Source: Octopus sinensis
Taxonomy: Eukaryota
Length of the DNA: 64,000 nucleotides
Assembly (NCBI RefSeq): GCF_006345805.1
Contig: NC_043001.1
Span: 24,056,001 to 24,120,000 of the forward strand
Reading direction: 5' to 3'
The stretch's first letter is position 1, and each line of letters opens with the position of its first letter. The notes beneath the pieces are model-generated. The model saw only the letters and a program-made list of their open reading frames with translations, had not been told where the DNA came from and searched no databases. The translations under genes were made by a program, and so were the position numbers. This document shows positions 53,733-64,000 of the stretch, one piece after another.

Positions 53733-54950
53733 AATAAATAATGTAATTTTTTAATACTATTTTTTAAAATACTATTTTTCAAAATTAAAATAAACGAATG
53801 ATGTCTTTTAAAATCTAAAATACACTCTCCTTCATTTTCTACAATACTCTGCTAGACTTGCAAGGCTCCCACTTCCATAATTCACTTGTCTGTGACGAAA
53901 AATACTCCTCCAGTACTGTTCTGACCGCATCTACAGAATTCATATTTTTTCCGTCCAAATGATTGTGAAGACTGCGGAATAAATGATAATCAGAAGGGGC
54001 AATGTCTGGCGAATATGGTGGGTGGGACATCGTTTCCCTTTATGTGACCGAGCATTATCCTGATGGAAGAACACCTTTTGTCTTGAAACTAAAGACGGTC
54101 GTTTTTCTTCTAGTACTGACTTAAGCCGCTCAAGCTACTTGCAGTAGATCTCTTTTGTCATCGTTTGGTTTGAGTTTAAAAGTTCAAAGTGGACTAAACC
54201 TTTCATATCCCACCGAACAAATAACAACACCTTACGTGTGTGAAGACATTCTTTAGCCTTGGGTGCCGGTGTTTCTTCTTTCCCTGCCCACTGTCTTCGG
54301 AGCTTGACATTTTTATAGAGAACCCATTTCTCGTCACCAGTCACTATTCGGTCCAAAAAAGGTCCATTCGTGTGTGAAGTGGCAACAAAGAAGAGCACAA
54401 TTTCACTGTCTGTGCACGATTAGACATGGAAAGTTTGCGAGAAACCCATTGACCGAATTTGTTGACTTTTCTGATGGCACACAGGTGTCGTGAATGGCTG
54501 AATGACCTAGTCCAAGCTTCTCTGTTAGTTCCTCAACAGTTACGATGAGATTTTGTTCCACCAGGGTTTTCAGGACGTCCTCGTCGAGCTCTACAGATCT
54601 TCCGGGATGAGGCTCGTCTTCTAGGCTGTAGTTTCCGGCTCGGTATTTCTGGAACCACTGCCGACACTAGCTTACGCTTTTTGTCCCATCCTCATATATT
54701 GCCTTAATATTCCTTGCACTTTTCGTTGCGTTGTTGCCTTTATTGCACTCATAAAGCAAAATATGCCGAATACGCTCCTTTGTCACTTCCATTATAGCTT
54801 TTGAAAAACAACTGTTAAAATCGAACTTCACTCTTCAAAACTTGCACTAAGAATAAAGAAAACGGTAAAATTACTACCTGCTTTTATAGCAAGTTGATGC
54901 AGGTAGTTTATCTCGTCCCTCTCCGACTTTTAGTTCCTGCAATTGAAAAA
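53733..54950 (-). mobile_element. Second inactive mariner of the same family, termini eroded
   Basis: DRIVTGDEKW, VRWD, HPPYSPDIAPSDY in ORFs 54135-54398 and 53839-54030; collinear with the 16756-18036 copy. Confidence 0.92.
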
Positions 54951-55469
54951 TTGACTCAGCTGCTTTATTGGACCTCCCGGTCGGGATAATTTCGGCGATA
55001 ATCAGTACCAACCAGTGGTTAGGCTTAAGCAGACTTTAGGATAATTAAGATATATTTGAGACATATTTCAACTGCTAAAGACAAATTTATCATGGAGAAA
55101 AAATTCTCTCTTATAGTAAAAGGTGTAAACACACCATATCTGCCCGATGTTGCTCTCTGTCGGATTCAAACCTGCCCAGAGTTACCTCGCTTCGATATTT
55201 CCCAGGGAGAAAGGCTAAAGAGCCAGAAACACTACGTCTGAGAACCCAATAAAGGGCAGCGTTGGGCAGATAGGGTTTTTTGACACTTTTTATCATAAAA
55301 GAGGATTTTTCTTTTCTCCACGGTAGCTGAAATATTTTAAGTATCCTGAAGTTCACGTTTGTCTAATCACGGCTTGGCGCTAATACAGCTGAATGTGTGT
55401 GTGTGTGTGTGTCTGCCTCGCTCTCTCTCTCTCTCTCTCTCTCCGTCTCCGTCTGTCTGTCAGCCTGTC

Positions 55470-55500
<31 letters not shown>

Positions 55501-55528
55501 GTCTCTGTCCTCTCTCTGTCTCTCTCTG

Positions 55529-55604
<76 letters not shown>

Positions 55605-56050
55605 GCGGTTCGGCAAAAGAGACCGATAGAATAAGTACTAGGCTTACAAAGAATAATTACTGGGGTCGATTTGTTCGTCTAAAGGAGGTGCTCCAGCATG
55701 GCCGCAGTCAAATGACTGAAACAAGTAAAAGAGTAAAAAAGGGAATAAAAAAGTACACACATACACACACACACATATATATATATATATACAAAAGGTA
55801 TAGAATAGATACAATTAATGCTCACACCAGACCGGATAGCTAACTTCCAACGAAAGGAGACGGAATGCTAGCAAACAAGAATTGGCTACAGGCAAAGTAC
55901 CTGTCGAGATAATTTACTGTACCGTATATACATATATACAAACATACACATTTGTACGTATACACACCACACACACCACACACACATATGCATGTATATA
56001 TATATATATATGTGTGTGTGTGTGATTGTGTGTGTGCGTTCGTACATACC

Positions 56051-56269
56051 TATTTCTTTACTACCCATAAGGGGCTACACACAGAGGGGACAAACGGATT
56101 AAATCGATTATAACGACACCAGTGCGTAACTGGTACTTATTTAATCGACCCAGGAAGGATGAAAGGCAAAGTCGACCTCGGCGGAATTTGAACTCAGAAC
56201 GTAACGGCAGACGAAATACCGCTAAGCATTTCGCCCGGCGTGCTAACGATTCTGCCAGCTCGCCACCTT
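56051..56269 (-). mobile_element. SINE-C monomer
   Basis: TSD GTTCGTACATAC. Older SINE-C copies or fragments also at ~3462-3615, 20070-20205, 22555-22660, 23415-23810, 28890-29215, 30585-30740, 38845-39040, 39540-39640, 40072-40260. Confidence 0.88.
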
Positions 56270-56852
56270 GTTCGTACATACATACCGTGACCATATCTAC
56301 CTTCTCTTATACACTTATAATAACATCGCATATATTTCTATATCGGGATATATGTTACATATGAAAAGTGTTCGTCTCTTTATGATTTATTAATTTTTTT
56401 ATTTCATTATTTATTTATTTATTCATTGTTCCAAGCATAGCGATATATCATGGCAGCATTATATTGCGTCTATCACTTTACGCAAAACATATTATCCATT
56501 GTATCCTCAGGTTGCCATGGTTACTGTCGTTATTGTTCATTAGCAGACGCTGAGAGGAACAAATTGACAAGGGCGACAATGTATCTCCCATAAACCAAGC
56601 TAAACAAACCTTTGTTTTCTTCGTGTTGTTGACATGTGGACAGAAAAATAAATTAAAATATTTATTATAATGAATAAAACACCCTCCTTGATGGAACAAT
56701 GAAAAATAACAATATTGAATGAAACGAAGCACTAACTCAAGCAAATATACAACAAAACTATCAACAATGGAATCTCTTTTTCGTTTTGTTTTATAATTTT
56801 TTTTTTATTCGCTTCTAGCTAATAAGACACTTTCAACAGTTATGGCGGAACA

Positions 56853-56890
56853 TATAAAAGTCGCCACTGATTGCGCTCTGTCATAGCCGA
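56853..56890 (+). promoter_or_regulatory. Candidate TATA + initiator core promoter
   Basis: TATAAAAG at 56853 with TCA at 56881-56883 (A about 30 nt downstream), in non-repetitive sequence. Confidence 0.2.
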
Positions 56891-57177
56891 CCGAGGAGGT
56901 GGCGTTAGTGATGGGAAATATTGCTGCATGCAGTGATTGTAGTGATAGCAGCTGCAGTAAGAGACATTGTCATTAGTCAGCCTCCTTTGGCGACATCAAC
57001 GCTGATACATCCATCCATCCATCCATCCATACATAGACATGTATATGCATGTATACATGTATACATATACATACATATATATATATATATGTACATATGT
57101 ACGCACGTATACAATCATGCGCGATCACACACATCCATGTCTATGTATCATACCACACACACATACATAATATATTA

Positions 57178-57211
<34 letters not shown>

Positions 57212-57788
57212 AATATATATGTATACATACCTAATTTTACATGCTATAGTAATATCACACACCACACACACACACACCTATATATATATATAATATATAT
57301 ATATGTATGTAATATATATATATACTTTGAAATACTTTGAAAGGTTTCGGCCATTATTGGCCCAGGCCATGTCTAACTTAATAGCACCACCTGTGAAGTC
57401 TTTCAAATCAGAATTTGGGCACTATGGCCCACTCAAGTAGAGAGTTATTGTTTACAGAGACATATCCGGGTGTAGGGGCTTTATCCGGGATTTCTTGAAG
57501 GAATCTGTCCAAAGACTTCTTGAACCTATAGGGTCAGTTTCTGTTTTAATGTGTTTTGGTGTAATGTTAAGAGAGCGGGGCCAATTGAGGTGAAATAATT
57601 GTGCCGTATTGTTGTTATGAGATGAGAGTGCGATTTTTGTTTTGGGCGGATGGCACGGGGCCCAAGCCTTGGATGTACCTTAAAGGTGATGCCAACATCA
57701 TTTGGGCAATGCTGATGGAATATTTTCCACATCATGCAGATGATGTAGCGCTCACGACGACGTTGGAGAGAATAGAGTTTTAGCTTTT

Positions 57789-58877
57789 CTAGCCGACCCC
57801 ATAGTCGAGGCCTGTCATGCCATCTATCTTTTTTGTGATTGCCCTTTGAGGTGCTTCAACTTTTATGATACCTTGTATTGTGTGGGGAGACCACAGTGGA
57901 CAACAGTATTCAAGGTGGGGTCGGGCAAAAGTGGAGAAGAGAAGGATAATGGTGTGGATATCTCTCGACTGGAAAGTTCTGAGAATCCAGGAACACATTC
58001 TGCGGGCCATGTCAACTTTGGTGTTTATATGAGTGGCCCAGCTTACGTTGTTGTCCACAATTACTCCCAAGTCTCTGATGTTGTTGGACGCCGCGAGAGT
58101 TTCACCTGAAGGAAGGGAGTATGGGAGTTTCAGGGCATCCTCTTTTCCAAAGTGGATTAGCTCAAATTTATCCTCGTTCAGCAGCATATTGTTTTTTTCT
58201 GCCCATTGGATAACAGCCAGTAGATCTGACTGAAGGCATGTCCGGTCACTCGCCTCATTTATGACCTTCTGTAGCTTGGAGTCATCTGCAAAGATTTTTA
58301 TGTTGCTGTGCTTGATGATGTCATTAATGTCATTAATGTAAATGATGAAAAGAAGTGGGCCCAGCACAGTGCCTTGCGGAACGCCACTACTGACTTTGGC
58401 TGGGCTTGATTTTACCCCTTCAACTACAACATGTTGAGATCTGTCTGTCAGGAAACACTTAATCCATTTCAGTAACTTTCCAGAGACACCAATGTTGGAT
58501 AGTTTTTTCAATAGGATCTTGTGATCGACCCTGTCGAAGGCCTTACTGAAATCAAGGTAGATGACATCGGTGTTGGAGCCCTCTCCCAAAGCTCTCAAAA
58601 TGTCCTCAAAGTGATGCAGGAGCTGCGTTAGGCAGTCCCTTCCATTACGGAACCCATGTTGGTTGGAGATCAGCCGTCTGTTGCTTTCCAGAAATTGGGT
58701 TATTCGAGATCTCACCACCCTCTCAAATACCTTGATGATATGAGAGGTGAGTGAGATCGGACGGTAGTTCACTGCAAGGACTTGTTTCCCTTTTTGAAAA
58801 CTGGGACGACAGAAGGTTTTTTGGAATATAGCCAGCATCCAGTGAGTTTCTCCACAGATTAGCAAGGGGAGATGCAA
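57789..58877 (-). pseudogene. LINE ORF2 reverse transcriptase domain (CR1 group)
   Basis: NYRPISLTS, QHGFR, YLDFSKAFDRVDH, SGVPQGTVLGPLLFIIYIND, FADD, DLGV, RPHLEYC motifs; frameshifts on both sides. Confidence 0.95.
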
Positions 58878-59469
58878 GTTGGTGTCGACACACCTTCAGG
58901 ACACAAGCAGGGAACCTATCGGGGCTACTGCTGAATTGTGTTTTATTTCGTTTATCGCCGCTAAGACATCAGGGGCACTAAACGTTATGTCCGATATAGT
59001 GTGTTGGGGGTTGACATCACTGATACAGCCCAGATCGGCCATATCAGGATTGCTGAAAACAGAGCAGTATTGTTTCTGCAGTATCTCGGCCATGGATTTG
59101 GCATTATCTTGGAGAGTGCCAGTTTCGTCAATTAGAGGGCCTACAGTGGAGACAGTGACCCTGCGTTTCCTCGCAAATGAAAAGAACACTTTGGGGTTGA
59201 GTTTGATTTTTTCAATGGCCCACTTCTCCTCAGCTGATCTTTGGTTATTGATGAGGGTCTTCATGCATTGTTGGAGGTTATATTTTTTGGATTCAAGCAG
59301 TGCGATAGCCGTCGAATGTGTGTGTGCTGTTGGCAGTACTTTAGTTTGTTAATTTTTTTGTTTGTTCTTTTTATTTTTCTGATAATGGTTTTTCTGTTTT
59401 GGGGGATTCTGCACTTTTTGTTCACAGGTCTTGGTGGGGAGTGTTTTGCACATATGTCTGTGACGGTGT

Positions 59470-60426
59470 CTACAAAGATCTGCCAAGATGTTTTATGGTT
59501 GGTGGAGATGTGTGTATGTGTAAAGGACCAGTCAACATTGATAGCTCGTTCCTGATTGCATCCCAGTTGGCTTTATGGAGATCCATGTTGTCAAATGGGT
59601 GGGCTGGAGGAAGGTCACTAGGATTAGCTTTCGGCTGGTGGAATTTCATGTTACAGAGAACCATGTCATGGTCTGAAAGAAGGGTTTTTTCCACTGTAAC
59701 GTTATGTATAGTGTTAGTGTGGTTACTAAACACTAGGTCCAAAATGTTCTGATGTCTTGTTGGTGCAAGGACAAGTTGGGACAAGAAAAACTCATTCGTA
59801 AAGTCGAAAAGTGACTCTGCTGCTTCTTTGTCAGCGGTTGAGGCGGGAGTGCTTGGTTTCAAACAGTTTGTAGTCCAGTCAACACAGGGTAGATTGAAGT
59901 CTCCCATCATGAGTATGTTGCTAGAATGGCACTGTTGAATAAAGCACTTAATGCTGTTGAGGCATTCTTTAAAGCACAGTATGGGTGTTTGGGGCGGCCT
60001 ATAGAGCCCAATTACTGTCAGGTCATTGGCTTTGTTGTGCACGGTGACTGATTCACAGTAGCCGTTGGAGAATATACTATTTCCATCTGCCGTAAATGAA
60101 TCATGCAGGAAAATGGCAGTTCCACCCTTCCTCCTGCCGATACGATCCGCGCGGATGGTTGTGAAATTCTTCACTCTCACTTCGGCTTCCAAGTGGGAGT
60201 TGTCAAGGTGGGTCTCAGTGAGAATGAAGAAAGGGATGTGGTGTGAATGGTTACCAACCCAGTCTTCAATGAATTGGACCTTCCATTTTTGTGCATTGAT
60301 GGAAGGGCTGACACCTTGTGCATTGAGTAGGAATGTGGAGGTTAGTGTAGTGGCTGGTTTTGACTGTTGCAGGGGGCTTGGATTTTTTGTGTGTGTTAGT
60401 GGCAGCAATGTGGGGAATTGGTGCAC
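59470..60426 (-). pseudogene. LINE ORF2 apurinic-like endonuclease domain
   Basis: LLNAQG, LTETHL, RADR, GGTAIF, YRPP, MGDFNLP..DW, PTR..NILDLVF, SDH motifs. Confidence 0.93.
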
Positions 60427-60630
60427 TGGGGTAATAGCATAGGATGGTGTTGAGTGATGGCTAGAATGTTTTTGTGTATCTCTTTTGCCATGTTCAACAT
60501 GGCTAAAAAAGAATTTTCCTGCTTAGGGAGCAGTTTTTGGCTGGAGGTGTGGTTGCACTGTTGGATAGGGTTGTAGTTTCCACTTTTGTTGTTGTTGTTT
60601 TTGTGTCTTCCTGAAAAGACTGGACCAGCA

Positions 60631-61623
60631 TTACTGCAGCATGGTGTGTTTCTTATTTTTATTGTTATTCAGGTTTGTGTGTTGGCTTGAGGCCCCGTTT
60701 CTGTTTGTGCGTCGGGTCCCTGGAAGATGAGTGAAGGGACAGTCACTCAGTAGACATGTTCTCTCACGTTGGGAATACCGGCAGATTTTGGGACTCCGAG
60801 TTGTGTGTGTTTTGAATTTCGATTTACTATTTGGTGGTGTTGATGTTATTGTGGGATGCGTGCTTTGGCCTTGGCCGGTAGTGCGTCTAGTGCCGGGTAG
60901 ATGCGTGAAGATGCAGTCACTATTTGTGCAGAGTCTCTGGCGCAGTGAATAGCGGCATATTTGGGGATTTCTTGTTTGTGCCGTGGGGGGCGCATTCTGC
61001 TTCCTATGTTTCTTTAAGTTTTTGTTACTGCAGTAGTATTGAGGTGGTGATGTGGGGGAAGAGGGCAGTGGTTTCTTATTTGGTTTTCTGTCGGTATTTT
61101 TGGTGATAGAAGACGATGGTGGCAGCGGTGGTGATGATGATGATGATAATTGTGGTGGTTGCTGTGAGAGCGGTGAAAAGATACTGGCATTTAGTGAATC
61201 GTCTAGTAAGCTAGAGTTGAGGAGTGGCTGTTGTTGTTCTTGTTGCTGTGGCTGTTGTGTTGTTGTTGGCCTGACCGATGTCAGGGTCAGCCATTGTGCT
61301 GGGAACCAGGAGTGCTCATTCTGTTGTTGTTGTTGTTGTGGCTGCTGATTTTCTAGCTGTTGTTGTTCTTGAACTGTGAAAATATGTAGAAGCTTTTCAT
61401 AATGGCCTCTTATCAGTTTGAAAGATACTTCGATATGTTTCAACTTGCTACGAATCTGTTTGACGGATCGTGTGTTGACCACTTGTGATGTTTTTTCGGC
61501 AATCTCATTCAAACACAAGACATTTAGATTTTCTGTTTGGGAAAGAGAGAGCCATGTGTTTATTAAAACATCAATTTCGTTATCAGACCAATTTCGTCTG
61601 TTGCAGGCCTGCAAGTTAGTCAT
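60631..61623 (-). CDS. LINE ORF1-like protein: N-terminal Myb/SANT-like (trihelix) domain, Q/P/S-rich linker, two CCCH zinc fingers; probable C-terminal frameshift
   Basis: WSDNEIDVLINTW...RSVKQIRSKLKHI; CRYSLRQRLCTNSDCIFTH and CRYSQRERTCLLSDCPFTH (C-x8-C-x4-C-x3-H); lies directly upstream of the APE ORF on the same strand. Confidence 0.7.
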   Translation of the reverse strand: MTNLQACNRRNWSDNEIDVLINTWLSLSQTENLNVLCLNEIAEKTSQVVNTRSVKQIRSKLKHIEVSFKLIRGHYEKLLHIFTVQEQQQLENQQPQQQQQQNEHSWFPAQWLTLTSVRPTTTQQPQQQEQQQPLLNSSLLDDSLNASIFSPLSQQPPQLSSSSSPPLPPSSSITKNTDRKPNKKPLPSSPTSPPQYYCSNKNLKKHRKQNAPPTAQTRNPQICRYSLRQRLCTNSDCIFTHLPGTRRTTGQGQSTHPTITSTPPNSKSKFKTHTTRSPKICRYSQRERTCLLSDCPFTHLPGTRRTNRNGASSQHTNLNNNKNKKHTMLQ

Positions 61624-62045
61624 GTTTGTTTTTCTTTTGTTTTTCCTTTTGATTTTTGAAAATATATATATTCTTTCTTGGGAGTTAAAGAAGTGTATAT
61701 ATATATAAATGTTCTCTCTTAAGGGTGTGAGTTTTTGATTATTTGGTTGTTTGAGGATATTAAAAGAAAACAGTTGTATATAACAATTTGTAGTTAAATG
61801 AAAACGTACTTACGGGTTTGTAGGCAAACACGTGGTTACAAATATATATATATTTAAGGTCAGTTAGTTTTGAAGCTGTGTAGCTTGCTACTGACTTGGG
61901 AGAGAAACAAATAGACGTCCGTCCACTTCAACAGTTAATCCACATAAATATATTGTATATACTACATAATTTTTATATGCATAATGTATATATATATATA
62001 TTATATATATGTATGTATATATTGTATATATTATATATTATATAT

Positions 62046-62095
<50 letters not shown>

Positions 62096-62170
62096 ATATA
62101 TTATATTATGTATATATATATACAATATATATATATATATATTGTATATATATATATAATATATTTATAT

Positions 62171-62236
<66 letters not shown>

Positions 62237-62699
62237 ATTGTATACATACATAATTTTTTATATGCATATTATATATATATATAATTTTTAAAGATACATG
62301 TGTGTGCGTGTGCGTGTATGTGTGTGGGTGCATAAAAATCTACGATAACCAATTTGTCTGTTGATATCGTCGTTTGTCCACCTGTCCACCGTTAATTGCT
62401 TTTGTGCAGGACACCCACTTCTCTACCTGGTCTTTGTTAATTCTTAGAAATATACGATGCAAATCACGCCCACTCTTTTTCTCCATTCTTATTTTGATTT
62501 TCATTTCCCACCACTTTGTTTTCTTCTTCCTCTCCTCTCTCTCTCTGTCCTTCTCTCTCTCTCACTCTCCCTCTCTCTTTTTTACTCTTTCCAAGAGCTG
62601 CGCTCAGTCTTTCTATTAAATAATTTTATATTTAGTTTTCACTCTTCATTTCTTTTATTGTTTTTTCTCTAGTGTCTGGAAAGTTGTAAGCTAATGCAA

Positions 62700-63255
<556 letters not shown>

Positions 63256-64000
63256 TGTGGTCTTTAACGCCATGTTTGGTTAGTCTAGGAAAGAGATGTA
63301 AAGATGCTTCCTTGTGCTAAGAGAGAAAGTTAGCTGAGATTTCAGACTATGCATGTAGACATATTCAGCGCGCGCGCTTGTGTGTGTGTGTGCGCGTGCG
63401 CTTGTCTTAGGTGTTTCAGCGTGTGTGCTCGTGCGTTTTAAGTACCCGTGAAGTTAGTATTAGCCAGCGATAGAGTAGAAATATAACACGAACCAATACG
63501 CGGCTGGTTCTTATATGCTAATACACCCAATCAATATGGAATGGTCGGAGCCATATATCTATTATTTATCTATTTATTTATATCAATTTTTATGTAGTTT
63601 TCTGTTACTAAAAAAGATAATTTCTAAGAAAGTAATTTATTGCATTTCAGCTATTGTCCACAACACAAAAGCCACGCCTCACTTATTGCCAACCAATCGT
63701 AATAGAGCATCTTCACTTTGTGTTAGCTAATCAAAATGCAATGATAAGACCTTAATGCAGAAGGGTTAATATGGACAGGATCCTATAAAGAATAACCTAG
63801 AACAGTCGAATCCGAAGAAAGTCACGATGATCTTTATTAGTAAGAAGTAATACATAGAATTTCATGTTGAACAGTGGAATAGGACGAATGCAGTGAGGAG
63901 AGAGGGAAGTTCAACGTTTCGGAGAGGACCGTTTATCACAGAGGGAGAGGGAGCGAGAGAGATAGAGAGAAGAAACGTTAAGCGGTGTTGAATGATATAG

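Larger units (their letters stand above)
57322..61930 (-). mobile_element. Near full-length CR1/L2-group LINE, frameshifted (5'UTR, ORF1, APE-RT ORF2, 3'UTR with short tandem tail)
   Basis: Collinear minus-strand ORFs 61623-60631 (ORF1), 60426-59470 (APE), 59264-58896 (linker) and 58877-57789 (RT). C-terminus continues in shifted frames (YSLQRRRERY...FKKSLDRFL) to a stop near 57410. 3'UTR ends in TTTCAAAGTA x2 next to a TA tract. The 5' boundary is approximate. Confidence 0.92.

Noticed and set aside
57340-57372. GGCC..GGCC-GAAAC hairpin in the LINE 3'UTR as a hammerhead
   Set aside because: No CUGANGA-like core or stem I; more likely an ordinary 3'UTR stem-loop.
63910-63945. Hammerhead-like CCGAAACGTT on the minus strand (similar at 37500-37532)
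   Set aside because: Core and stem I too degenerate to support; may be decayed copies.

Overview
AT-rich, microsatellite-dense animal DNA. The SINE families resemble the Octopus OK/OR1/OR2-type tRNA-SINEs, so this is probably an octopus genome; that assignment is from recall, not a search. No host exon can be supported. The window is a mosaic of mobile DNA: three tRNA-derived SINE groups (A, B, C; about 50 copies or fragments), a near full-length frameshifted CR1-group LINE (about 57320-61930, minus strand), LINE fragments (RTE, CR1, Dong/R4, HERO-like, L1/Tx1-like), two dead mariners, three Merlin-like MITEs with internal TTAGGG repeats, a hAT MITE, two Helitrons and one Helentron-type element. 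Most ORF-track entries are microsatellite or SINE artefacts. Main hunt results: (1) a dispersed set of minimal type I hammerhead-ribozyme elements resembling Penelope pseudo-LTRs, with six catalytic-core variants and three head-to-head palindromes whose arm differences are biased to T(left):G(right); (2) SINE-C trimers bounded by a single target-site duplication; (3) a repeated 5S rRNA-SINE chimera; (4) a LINE ORF1 combining a Myb/SANT-like domain with two CCCH fingers.
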